A stretch of DNA of 64,000 nt from an uncultured Flavobacteriales bacterium. Its GTDB lineage: Bacteria; Bacteroidota; Bacteroidia; Flavobacteriales_D; CAJJDF01. The notes below the pieces were generated by a model. The model searched no databases and had not been told where the DNA came from. It worked only from the letters and a program-made list of their open reading frames with translations. This document shows positions 9,913-19,093 of the stretch, piece by piece (position 1 is the first letter of the stretch; each line of letters begins with the position of its first letter). The position numbers were made by a program, and so were the translations under genes. The DNA is taken from contig CAJJDF010000020.1 of assembly GCA_905182785.1 (NCBI GenBank), positions 3,177-67,176 of the forward strand. Direction: 5' to 3'.

Positions 9913-11964
9913 TTAGTTATACTCTGGTAAGAAAGCAAATCTCTTTGCGTACTCAAGCATTTGTTCGTCAAAGTTTTGGTATTCAATTTTGAAATCCATA
10001 ATCTCTCCCTCTTCATTTGTTACAGGAACAATTTTAGGATTTACAAATCCTCTGTAAGGTTGAATGTTTAGAGGTTTTACTCTATTCAATACTTCTTGGT
10101 GAATTACTTGGTCTACTTTTACTCCGTAGTTTTCAACTAAATCTCTTCCTGCATTGTAATCACCTTCCGATTTTATTCTTTGAATCTCTTTCAATAATTG
10201 TCCAAACAAACCTCTTAGTTTACTGTAATCATTCACTTCAAAATAAGTTTTTCCATCTCTTGTCAATTTAGAAATTACGCTATCAGCTTGACCTTTTTCA
10301 AAAGCCCAAGAAGCAACCAATTGCCTGTTTCTCATGTGAGCTTCTTCAATGTCAGCTCCTAAATCTAATCGAGATAACTGTGTCATCATTCCATTTCTGA
10401 TGTAACCGTCATATTCAGCCTTTCCTACATCCAAAGTTTTAACTAATCCTAAATCAACCATTTTTTGATCAAGAATATAATAAAGACCAACTAAATCGGC
10501 TCTTGCTTCTTCTAAAGTAGAAGAGTAATTTTTAAGTGTTTCTTTTGGTGTTTTTACTCCAGGGTTTAATTGTCCTGATGCATGACCTACTACTTCGTGA
10601 AGTGCAGTGTGCATTTTTCCAGCAGTTTTACCGTGCGCTTTGGCTAATTTTATTTCCTCTTCGTCATTTGTAAATTCACCAAGGATTCCATCTCCTCCCG
10701 CTTCGCTATAAGCAGAAATAATGTTTCCTAACGAGACCGATTTTGAACCGTGAGTACTTCTTATCCAATTTGCATTAGGTAAATTTACTCCAATTGGAGT
10801 AGAGGGAGAAGCATCTCCAGCTTCTCCAGCAACATCTACTACTTTATAAGAAACTCCTTTTACTTCTTTCTTTTTGTGCTCAGCCATTAACGGTGCGTTA
10901 TCTTCAAACCATTGTACATTATCTGCAACAACAGACATAATTTCTGTCATTTTAAAATCTTTCAATTCTACTACAGTTTCAAAAGAACCAGAATATCCTA
11001 ATGGATCATTGTAAACTTCGATAAAACTATTGATGTAATCAATATCACCTTCAGTAATACCAACCCACGCAATGTTGTATTGACTCCATAGTTTTAAATC
11101 TCCAGTTTTGTAATATTCAATTAGCAATTGAAGTGCATCTGCTTGTCCTTGATTTTCTGTAACCGTTATAGCTTTGTCTAACCATCCAATTATTTCAGTA
11201 ATGGCAGCATCATACATTCCTCCTTTTTTGTATGTTTTCTCCATCAATTTTCCATTCTCATCTTTTACCAATTGAGAATTAAGTCCGTATTCTACTGGAG
11301 TAGGGTTTTTAGAATCAATTACTGAGATGTAATACTCTTCTACTTCTTTTTGTGTTAAATCGCTTCCGTAAAAGTTTACCGCAGATTCTTTTACCAAATC
11401 CACATCTTTTGATAAGTTCACTTTCTTAGCGTCATAAGTTGGATCAAATATTGCTTTTTTAGCTTCGTCAGTTAGTTTAGCACCAACTTTTGCCAAAGCA
11501 CCATCCAAAAACTCTGGGCTAAACCCTGGCTTGAATTTATCGTTAGAATAATGGTGGTGAATTCCGTTAGAGAACCACATTCTTTTTAAATACACGGTCA
11601 TGTTTTTGAAATCTTCAGTTCCTCTATCTCCCTCATAGTTTGCATACACATTTTCTAAAGCTCTTTTTATAGAAAGGTTGTGACGGTAGTTTTGGTCAAA
11701 GATTATTTCTCTACCCGCATAACCAGCCATAGTTAAGTAATAAGCATATTTCTTTTGTTGTATGCTCAATTTATCCCAACTAGGAATCTTATATCGAATA
11801 ACTTCAATGTCGTGAAATTTATCTACTGGGTAAGAGAATTCTCCTGAATTATCAAATTTCACTAATTCAAATTTATCAGAGGTTTCTTCTGTTTTTTTTT
11901 GTGCACCACAAGAAAATAAAAATCCTGCCGCAGCTGTTGCTATTACTATTGATTTAAAGTCCAT
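9913..11964 (-). CDS. Peptidase family M49 (dipeptidyl-peptidase III-like) lipoprotein
   Basis: 683-aa ORF with a lipoprotein signal (AAGFLFSCG). The zinc motifs HEVVGH and EEARAD have M49-type spacing. Confidence 0.8.
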   Translation of the reverse strand: MDFKSIVIATAAAGFLFSCGAQKKTEETSDKFELVKFDNSGEFSYPVDKFHDIEVIRYKIPSWDKLSIQQKKYAYYLTMAGYAGREIIFDQNYRHNLSIKRALENVYANYEGDRGTEDFKNMTVYLKRMWFSNGIHHHYSNDKFKPGFSPEFLDGALAKVGAKLTDEAKKAIFDPTYDAKKVNLSKDVDLVKESAVNFYGSDLTQKEVEEYYISVIDSKNPTPVEYGLNSQLVKDENGKLMEKTYKKGGMYDAAITEIIGWLDKAITVTENQGQADALQLLIEYYKTGDLKLWSQYNIAWVGITEGDIDYINSFIEVYNDPLGYSGSFETVVELKDFKMTEIMSVVADNVQWFEDNAPLMAEHKKKEVKGVSYKVVDVAGEAGDASPSTPIGVNLPNANWIRSTHGSKSVSLGNIISAYSEAGGDGILGEFTNDEEEIKLAKAHGKTAGKMHTALHEVVGHASGQLNPGVKTPKETLKNYSSTLEEARADLVGLYYILDQKMVDLGLVKTLDVGKAEYDGYIRNGMMTQLSRLDLGADIEEAHMRNRQLVASWAFEKGQADSVISKLTRDGKTYFEVNDYSKLRGLFGQLLKEIQRIKSEGDYNAGRDLVENYGVKVDQVIHQEVLNRVKPLNIQPYRGFVNPKIVPVTNEEGEIMDFKIEYQNFDEQMLEYAKRFAFLPEYN

Positions 11965-12126
11965 CTTTTACTTTTGTTTTGTTTCAAACAAAGATATAAT
12001 AATGTAGCTTATTTGCAATGAAATGGTACTCTAACTCATAATAGGGTTGCTAAATACTTTTTGTTTATTTCCTCCGTTAACTCAGTAACACAAGTTATTT
12101 AAAAATAAAAACCTTAACTTAGTACT

Positions 12127-12429
12127 ATGATATTCAATAGATTTTTCAAACAGCCTAAAGCCAATAAATTTGGATACACTCCTGTTTATTATGACGAGCG
12201 CAAAGAAGATAGAGATCGTAAAGCTAGAGCTGCCAAACGAGAAGGTAAAGAAGATTCTGAACAAAGAGATTCTATCGATTTTAGAAGTAATTTTAGGAAT
12301 GAAGTTTCAAAAAACAGAGAAAAAAGTCTGAATCAGTTTAGGTCAAAAGGAAATGCTAAATCCAATAAAATGCTAATTGTCATTATGCTAATTATTGCAG
12401 GGATTATTTATGTTCAGTTTATGCTTTAA
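12127..12429 (+). CDS. Hypothetical tail-anchored, highly charged small protein
   Basis: 100-aa ORF with a Lys/Arg/Glu/Asp-rich N-terminal ~80 aa and one C-terminal TM helix (MLIVIMLIIAGIIYVQFML). Coding status rests on length and context only. Confidence 0.45.
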   Translation: MIFNRFFKQPKANKFGYTPVYYDERKEDRDRKARAAKREGKEDSEQRDSIDFRSNFRNEVSKNREKSLNQFRSKGNAKSNKMLIVIMLIIAGIIYVQFML

Positions 12430-12564
12430 ATAACTTGCCATTTCGTGATGTCCTCCTTTTAAATACTTAGAGGTTAGTTTACACAAAGAAAAGCTTGCGG
12501 GCTGAGTGATTTTTCGAAAAGAAAAATTGTATCGAAGTCCAACTTAAAGAAGTAAATCAAGCAA

Positions 12565-12605
12565 CCAAAAACTAATCACAAATTACTTTTTACTATTTAC
12601 TAAAA
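12565..12605. repeat. Dispersed ~40-nt intergenic repeat, copy B
   Basis: CCAAAAACTAATCACAAATTACTTTTTACTATTTACTAAAAA is near-identical to 7197-7239. Confidence 0.75.
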
Positions 12606-12641
12606 ATCGTATTTTTACAAGAATAATTGCTAAACCCATTC

Positions 12642-14483
12642 ATGTCAAATCTAATAAAATTGTTACCGGATTCTGTCGCCAATCAAATTGCGGCTGGAGA
12701 AGTGGTGCAAAGACCTGCTTCTGCTGTGAAAGAACTGCTAGAAAATTCTATTGATTCTGGTGCAACTTCTGTTCAGTTGATTATAAAAGATGCGGGAAAA
12801 ACTTTGATTCAAGTAATAGATAATGGTTGTGGAATGAGCGAAACAGATGCTCGTATGTGTTTTGAGCGTCATGCTACTTCAAAAATCACTGACACTAAAG
12901 ATTTATTTAGTATTCGTACCAAAGGATTTAGGGGAGAAGCAATGGCTTCTATTGCTGCGGTTGCTCAGGTGGAGATGAAGACGAAAATGATTTCTGAAGA
13001 GCTTGGGACAAAAATAGAAATTGAAGGAAGTAAAATAACTGTGCAAGAACCAGTACAGACAAAAGATGGCACATCGATTGCGATTAAGAATTTGTTTTTT
13101 AATATTCCAGCACGAAGAAATTTTTTAAAATCAATACAAGTAGAAACTCGTCATATTATTGATGAATTTGAACGAGTTGCATTGACCCATCCAGAGGTTA
13201 CTTTTCAGATGATAAACAATGGCTCCGAAACATTTAATCTTCCTGTAGGAACATTGAGACAAAGGATTGTGGGTGTTTTTGGTAAGAATTTTAACCAAAA
13301 ATTGGTTCCGTTAGATGAGAAAACCTCTATCATGAATCTCACTGGGTTTATTGGAAAACCAGATTTTGCAAAAAAAACAAGGGGGGAGCAGTTTTTCTTT
13401 GTAAACAAACGATTCATAAAGAATGGATATTTGCATTTTGCAGTGATGCAGGCTTACCAAGATTTGATTGCTCACAAGAGTTATCCGTCTTATTTCATTT
13501 ACATGGAAATAGACCCTGCCAGTATTGATATTAATATTCACCCAACCAAAACGGAGATAAAGTTTGAAGATGAAAAAGCAATTTATGCTATTCTTAATTC
13601 TGCTGTAAAGCAATCGATAGGAAAGTATCAGGTAGCACCTTCTTTGGATTTTGAGCAAGAAACTAGTTTTAATGTTGATCCACCTTTAGAAGGTCAAGAC
13701 ATTAAGATTCCTCAAATAAAAGTGAATCCAAACTTTAATCCTTTTGATAAGGAAACAAGTAAAGAAAAAGGATATTCTCCTTCTTTCTCAAAACCATTCT
13801 CGAAGCCAGAGCCAAGCCAAATTCGTGCTTTGGACAGAATGTACCAAAATAATGCAGGCATCAGTTTCGAAAACCTAGACGAAAACCCAATAGAGGATAA
13901 TAAATTAATAGCAGTTCAAACTGAGAAAAAAATATTTCAGGTTCATAATCGATATATTTATTCTCAACTAAAGTCTGGTTATGTTTTGATTGACCAACAA
14001 AGAGCTCACGAGAGAATCTTGTATGAGAAATTTATATCTTCTCTTGAGAACCAAGTTAATTTCTCACAGCAAGAGCTTTTTCCAATTCAGATAGAGTTTT
14101 CTTCGTCTAACTTTGCACTATTAAAAGAGATTTGGGAAGAGGTGAAAGTGATAGGGTTTGATATTTCGGAGTTTGGTAAAAATACCATTTCTATAAATGG
14201 AGTTCCTGCAGATATTAAGGAAACAGATTACCAAAAATTGTTCGAAAATATCATTGAGCAATTCAAAAACAACAAAGATCAATTGAATCTAGATACCAAA
14301 GAAAGTGTAGCGAGATCAATGGCTAGAAACATGTCGATAAAGAAAGGGAAGCAATTGAGTGAAAGAGAAATAATTCAACTTACAGATGAATTATTTGCTT
14401 GTGCCCAACCTGAATATTTGCCGAATGGAAAACGAACTTTTATTACGGTAACTTTATCGGAAATAGAAAAACAATTTAAATAA
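12642..14483 (+). CDS. mutL: DNA mismatch repair protein MutL
   Basis: GHKL ATPase motifs (ANQIAAGEVVQRPASAVKELLENSIDSG, DNGCGM, GFRGEA) and a C-terminal dimerisation domain. I prefer the ATG at 12642 to the upstream TTG. Confidence 0.9.
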   Translation: MSNLIKLLPDSVANQIAAGEVVQRPASAVKELLENSIDSGATSVQLIIKDAGKTLIQVIDNGCGMSETDARMCFERHATSKITDTKDLFSIRTKGFRGEAMASIAAVAQVEMKTKMISEELGTKIEIEGSKITVQEPVQTKDGTSIAIKNLFFNIPARRNFLKSIQVETRHIIDEFERVALTHPEVTFQMINNGSETFNLPVGTLRQRIVGVFGKNFNQKLVPLDEKTSIMNLTGFIGKPDFAKKTRGEQFFFVNKRFIKNGYLHFAVMQAYQDLIAHKSYPSYFIYMEIDPASIDINIHPTKTEIKFEDEKAIYAILNSAVKQSIGKYQVAPSLDFEQETSFNVDPPLEGQDIKIPQIKVNPNFNPFDKETSKEKGYSPSFSKPFSKPEPSQIRALDRMYQNNAGISFENLDENPIEDNKLIAVQTEKKIFQVHNRYIYSQLKSGYVLIDQQRAHERILYEKFISSLENQVNFSQQELFPIQIEFSSSNFALLKEIWEEVKVIGFDISEFGKNTISINGVPADIKETDYQKLFENIIEQFKNNKDQLNLDTKESVARSMARNMSIKKGKQLSEREIIQLTDELFACAQPEYLPNGKRTFITVTLSEIEKQFK

Positions 14484-14487
14484 AAAT

Positions 14488-15207
14488 ATGCTTAGTAACT
14501 TATTCAGAAATCTTCCGCCTGTTACATTAAACCTTTTGATTATTAATGTCTTGGTTTACCTTGGTGTGATGCTTTTCCCTCAGTTTTACGAAATGCTTTC
14601 TTTGCATTATGTGGAAAGCACTTTGTTTCAGCCTCACCAAATTGTGACGCATATGTTTATGCACTCTAAGTATGGGATTACACATATATTTTTCAATATG
14701 TTTGCCTTAGTTATGTTTGGAAGTGCAGTAGAGAAACAAATTGGAGCCAAAAAATTCCTTATTCTTTATTTTCTTTCTGGATTGGGAGCAATGTCTTTAC
14801 AACTTTTATCTTATTGGTATCAGCTAAGTGATATTCCACCTGAAGTTTTGGAATTTATTAATACAAAAGGTGTTGAAACTGTTCTTGAAGGTAAAAATTA
14901 TTCTGACCCAATATTGGGTGGCTATAATGCTGCAATGAATGGAGGAATGGTTGGTGCTTCTGGAGCAATTATGGGTGTTTTGGTTGCTTTTGGTTACTAT
15001 AACCCGAATACAGAATTGATGTTGATTTTCCTTCCAATTCCAATTAAAGCTAAGTTTTTCATTCCGATTTTAATTGTATTGGAAATGACTTTGGGTGTTG
15101 CGAATTTTCAATGGGATAATTTTGCTCACTGGGCGCATATTGGAGGTGCAATTGCAGGATTTATTATTGTTTCAATATGGAAAAAAGACAGGAATAATTT
15201 TTATTAA
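14488..15207 (+). CDS. Rhomboid family intramembrane serine protease
   Basis: Polytopic membrane protein with the HMFMHS..HIFFNM motif, catalytic GASGAIMG and a downstream AHIGG histidine. Confidence 0.8.
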   Translation: MLSNLFRNLPPVTLNLLIINVLVYLGVMLFPQFYEMLSLHYVESTLFQPHQIVTHMFMHSKYGITHIFFNMFALVMFGSAVEKQIGAKKFLILYFLSGLGAMSLQLLSYWYQLSDIPPEVLEFINTKGVETVLEGKNYSDPILGGYNAAMNGGMVGASGAIMGVLVAFGYYNPNTELMLIFLPIPIKAKFFIPILIVLEMTLGVANFQWDNFAHWAHIGGAIAGFIIVSIWKKDRNNFY

Positions 15208-15219
15208 AAAATAAAAACT

Positions 15220-15891
15220 ATGAATGATTTACCTACTTATTTATCAATACTATTTATTGCTTGCACTGTATACACTTTAATAATTCTTTATGTTGCTACC
15301 AATAAATCGAAAAAAGTATTACTCTTTTCTTTAGGCTGGCTAACCTTACAAGGCTTATTGGCTTACAACTTATTCTATACCGATACTTCTACAATGCCTC
15401 CAAAATTTGCTTTGGCACTTGTACCCACTTTAATTTTTATTGCAATTGTGTTTTTTACCAAAAGGGGAAAAGAATTTATAAAATCCATTAACCTCAAGAC
15501 TTTATACTTAGTTTATGTGGTTAGAATTCCTGTAGAATTTGGTTTGTTGGGATTGGCAATTTATAAAGTAATCCCTTATTTGATGACTTTTGAAGGTGTG
15601 AATTTTGATATTTTTGCAGGAATTACGGCTCCTTTAATTATTCTAGGTTATTTTGTTAAAAACTGGTTTTCAGATTCTTTTGTAATGGTTTGGAACTTCA
15701 TTAGTTTGGGGTTATTAATTGCAATAGTTGTAAATGCAATACTGTCGGTTCCTTCTGGTTTTCAAACTCAAGGGTTTGATCAACCCAATATTGCAATTCT
15801 TCATTTTCCATACCTCTGGCTAGCTAGTTACATTGTACCAGTTGTTATGTTTGCTCATTTGGTTAGTATTAAAAGAGCTTATTCTCATTAG
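15220..15891 (+). CDS. Hypothetical integral membrane protein
   Basis: 223-aa ORF with about six hydrophobic helices. No family recognised. Confidence 0.55.
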   Translation: MNDLPTYLSILFIACTVYTLIILYVATNKSKKVLLFSLGWLTLQGLLAYNLFYTDTSTMPPKFALALVPTLIFIAIVFFTKRGKEFIKSINLKTLYLVYVVRIPVEFGLLGLAIYKVIPYLMTFEGVNFDIFAGITAPLIILGYFVKNWFSDSFVMVWNFISLGLLIAIVVNAILSVPSGFQTQGFDQPNIAILHFPYLWLASYIVPVVMFAHLVSIKRAYSH

Positions 15892-15942
15892 TATTTTTCG
15901 ACCTAACATTAAATAAAATATAACTTTCCTCGTTTTCCTATT

Positions 15943-16785
15943 ATGAAAAATAACTCCATCTTAGTTTTAGTTTTAATCGTTTTCTCTTTCACTTCCTTCT
16001 CTCAATACAAAAGATATGGAGGAAAGAAAAGACCTCAAAAAATGGCTCCGTTTATTCAAGCTTTGAATAATAACGGATGGTTTGTTTCTCCGGGAGTTAC
16101 GCTTACACCCAAACTAAATTTCTTTAACTACAATCCAGAATTAACCATTACAGACAATGGAACAATTTACGAAGCGCTTAACTTGGAACAACAAAGTAAA
16201 ATTGGTGCCTACCTTGAAGTTGGGCGATACAGGTTGTTGAGCACTAGAAAACTAATTAGTTACATAGATTATGGCTTGGCTTATAAAATGTTGAGGTCTG
16301 GACAAACGTATGATTTAAGAACTTCAGGACTCTTAAATGATACAAATTCTTACACGCAAAGCTTCACCAACCATAATATTTCAGGATTTTTTAATGCAAA
16401 CAATGTATTGGCGATTAATAAGAATATATTTTTTCAAAATACACTGGGTGTAAATGTAGACTATGCACTTTCGCAAAAAGTAGAAACGGATGATGGCACT
16501 CCATTTATAGGAACTTACCAAGACGAAACATCTAGATTAAAAGCACAAGTACATTATAAGTTTGGAGTGGGGATAAGAATAGGAGAGCGCTTGTATGCAA
16601 TTCCATCTGTTGAGATTCCATTGCTTACAGGCTGGAAATGGGAGGGAGGAAGATCCACTTTTGGTGCTTTTAACTCACGTTACCGCCCAATGATCATCTC
16701 TGTAAGATTTTCTTGGTTAACTAAGCCAAGTTGTCCTAAAGTATGGGATAACGATCCTTCTACTAAGAATGGAGGAGGATTGTAA
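15943..16785 (+). CDS. Hypothetical secreted / outer-membrane protein
   Basis: 280-aa ORF with a Sec signal (VLVLIVFSFTSFSQ) and alternating-polarity strands. No family recognised. Confidence 0.5.
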   Translation: MKNNSILVLVLIVFSFTSFSQYKRYGGKKRPQKMAPFIQALNNNGWFVSPGVTLTPKLNFFNYNPELTITDNGTIYEALNLEQQSKIGAYLEVGRYRLLSTRKLISYIDYGLAYKMLRSGQTYDLRTSGLLNDTNSYTQSFTNHNISGFFNANNVLAINKNIFFQNTLGVNVDYALSQKVETDDGTPFIGTYQDETSRLKAQVHYKFGVGIRIGERLYAIPSVEIPLLTGWKWEGGRSTFGAFNSRYRPMIISVRFSWLTKPSCPKVWDNDPSTKNGGGL

Positions 16786-16790
16786 AATCT

Positions 16791-16886
16791 CTTCCCTAAC
16801 CCTTCCCTAAGGTAAGGGAACCAATGACTCTTTGAAAACATTTTGGCTTGAAAAAAAAGTTCCTTCCCTAAGGAAAGGCTAGGATG
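16791..16886. repeat. REP-like cluster built on CTTCCCTAA(GG)
   Basis: The 9-mer CTTCCCTAA occurs at 16791, 16802 and 16863. There is a hairpin TTCCCT-AAGGTA-AGGGAA at 16803-16820 and a second imperfect palindrome at 16862-16879. Confidence 0.6.
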
Positions 16887-16903
16887 GGATAACACGAGAA
16901 TAA

Positions 16904-17209
16904 ATGCAATTACAAAATCTAATAGAATCCTTACTGTCTAACGAACCAGATTTAGAAAATAAAATTCCTTTATCTATTCAGGCTTTGGAAAATAATATTT
17001 TAGTTAAAGCTAAATTTTACGAAGGCGATTTGTTGATGACTGTATTGGCTGTGAAAGAAAGTTTTTGGAAAACAAATGATACTCTTTGGAAAGAAGTTTT
17101 AGGTGTTTTAGAGAAACAATCGGATAGGATTAAAAATGAAGCTGTTTCTTTCGAAATGAAAGTAGATTGGTATGAGAAGATTAAGAGGTTTAAGGGAATG
17201 CAATTGTAA
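16904..17209 (+). CDS. Hypothetical protein
   Basis: 101-aa ORF flanked on both sides by REP-like elements. No family recognised, and it may not be coding. Confidence 0.4.
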   Translation: MQLQNLIESLLSNEPDLENKIPLSIQALENNILVKAKFYEGDLLMTVLAVKESFWKTNDTLWKEVLGVLEKQSDRIKNEAVSFEMKVDWYEKIKRFKGMQL

Positions 17210-17212
17210 GTC

Positions 17213-17320
17213 ATTCTGAATTTATTTCAGAATCTTTATTCATTGGAAACACTTCGACTCCGCTCAGTGGGACAATGTTAAAAGAGCTTTTTTAAGTCCG
17301 CCTGAGCGGAGTCGAAGACT
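17213..17320. repeat. Composite REP-like palindromic element
   Basis: Hairpin ATTCTGAA-TTTA-TTCAGAAT lies at 17213-17233. A perfect 16-bp inverted repeat follows: CTTCGACTCCGCTCAG (17252-17267) and CTGAGCGGAGTCGAAG (17302-17317), separated by 34 nt. Confidence 0.8.
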
Positions 17321-17366
17321 AAAACGAGAATACAAAACTTGTAACTAGTAATCAACTCACCAGCAA

Positions 17367-18284
17367 CTATTTCATCCCCAATATCTCAGGTAATTTCCTC
17401 AACAAAGCCATTTCTTTAAACTCTAACCTAGCTTCTTTAGCTGGACTTCCAAGGTATTTTTTACCTTCTTCCATGTCGTACATGATTCCGGCTTGACCGA
17501 GAGCTGTAGAGTTTTTATGTAAAGTTAAATTGGCAGGAATTCCTACTTGTCCCCAAAGTGTAACGTTATCTTTTATGGTAACGCAACCAGCAATCCCAAC
17601 TTGAGCCGCAAATCTGCAGTTTTCTCCAATTACGGTATCGTGACCAATGTGAACTTGTCCGTCTATTTTAGTTCCTTTTCCAATTCTTGTTTCTCCCGTT
17701 ACACCTCTGTCAATACTACACGAAGCACCAATTTCTACATTGTCTTCTATTACAACAGAACCACACGAATGCATTTTGTTGTGTTTGGTTTCTTTTGTTT
17801 GGTAATAAAAAGCATCAGAGCCAATAACCGTGTTGGCATGAATAATTACGTTATCGCCAATAGTGGTGTGGCTGTAAATTACGACTCCAGGATAAAGGAT
17901 GCAGTTTTTACCAATTGTTACCGTGTCTCCAAGTGTTACATTAGGAAAAATATCAGAGGAAGAATCAATGTGTTGATTTTCTCCACTCCATTTTTTAGTT
18001 GGGTTAAAGTGCCTCGTTAGTTTATTAAAATCCTTAAAAGGATTTTCCGAAATAATTAATGCTTTTCCTTTTGGGCAATCTACTTCTTTGTTTATTAAGA
18101 TTGTTGTTGCAGCTGAGGTTAGTGCTTTTTCGTAATACTTTTCGTTATCTACAAATACCAAATCTCCTTTTTCTACTTTGTGAATTTCATTAATTCCAGT
18201 TACTTCAAAATCAGGACTGCCAATGAATTTACAATCGATTAATTCGCTTATGGTTTTTAAAGTGTGTGAGAAAGGTAATTTCAT
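17367..18284 (-). CDS. lpxD: UDP-3-O-acylglucosamine N-acyltransferase
   Basis: LpxD-type N-terminal domain followed by left-handed beta-helix hexapeptide repeats. At 305 aa it is shorter than typical LpxD, so it may be a paralogue. Confidence 0.75.
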   Translation of the reverse strand: MKLPFSHTLKTISELIDCKFIGSPDFEVTGINEIHKVEKGDLVFVDNEKYYEKALTSAATTILINKEVDCPKGKALIISENPFKDFNKLTRHFNPTKKWSGENQHIDSSSDIFPNVTLGDTVTIGKNCILYPGVVIYSHTTIGDNVIIHANTVIGSDAFYYQTKETKHNKMHSCGSVVIEDNVEIGASCSIDRGVTGETRIGKGTKIDGQVHIGHDTVIGENCRFAAQVGIAGCVTIKDNVTLWGQVGIPANLTLHKNSTALGQAGIMYDMEEGKKYLGSPAKEARLEFKEMALLRKLPEILGMK

Positions 18285-18292
18285 TTTTTTAA

Positions 18293-19093
18293 TTATTTGC
18301 TTTTTAGGATTTCCCTGCTAGAGTAGATTCCATAAGAGGTTTCTAGAGTTAAAAAGACTTTTGAGTTTTTAATTAAATTTTTAGGGATTATAGCTTTTGT
18401 TTTATCAAACAAAATTGTTTGTGTGTTATTTTTATCACTTAGACTTTCGATTATTATTTTATTGTCTCTTAAAGTGTCTATTATATTCATATAACATTCA
18501 AAATTAGTCTCTTTCTCAATCATTAAAGGTTCGATATGATTAACATCAATTGAGAAGAATGATCTTGGATGTGAAAGTGTTTTAGTTGCGTCCTTGAGAA
18601 TTAGTGATAATATTAATTTTGTGTAATGTATGTTTGTTTCGGCTTTGTTGTTTTTTAATTCATATTTAAGAAAATTTAAATAATCATTTGCGTAAAAAGT
18701 GTCAGTAATGTTGTCAATTGTTATTGAAGAAAAACCGTTTTGATAAAAAAGTATCTTGTCAACAAGAAAATAAATAGTGTCCAAATTGTTATTTAATTCA
18801 TTATAGTAGAATGAATCATCATCTGTGTTTTTTATTATTATGTTACAAATTTCAATTGTAGATTCAAATTCACGTTTTATTTTATGATATAAAAAATATT
18901 GTTGAGCGGCTTCACTTTTGTTATCTCCTTTGTTTCTTGCTGGTCTTGTATAAATATCTCCAAAAATTACTGCTTTTTTTGATTCTTCTTCAGCAAGTTT
19001 AATAAGTTTTTTATCAAAATCATTTTTATTAGAATTACAACTTAATGTTAAAATACTAATTATGATTATATAAATATATTTTTTCGTCTTCAT
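18293..19093 (-). CDS. Hypothetical lipoprotein
   Basis: 266-aa Asn/Ile/Lys-rich ORF with a lipoprotein signal (IISILTLSC). Its ATG overlaps the pheT stop (TAATG). Confidence 0.55.
   Translation of the reverse strand: MKTKKYIYIIIISILTLSCNSNKNDFDKKLIKLAEEESKKAVIFGDIYTRPARNKGDNKSEAAQQYFLYHKIKREFESTIEICNIIIKNTDDDSFYYNELNNNLDTIYFLVDKILFYQNGFSSITIDNITDTFYANDYLNFLKYELKNNKAETNIHYTKLILSLILKDATKTLSHPRSFFSIDVNHIEPLMIEKETNFECYMNIIDTLRDNKIIIESLSDKNNTQTILFDKTKAIIPKNLIKNSKVFLTLETSYGIYSSREILKSK

Noticed and set aside
12082-12264. A 60-aa minus-strand ORF overlapping the start of the 100-aa tail-anchored ORF.
   Set aside because: It is shorter, antisense to the better-supported plus-strand ORF, and has a Phe/Ser/Ile-rich antisense-type composition.
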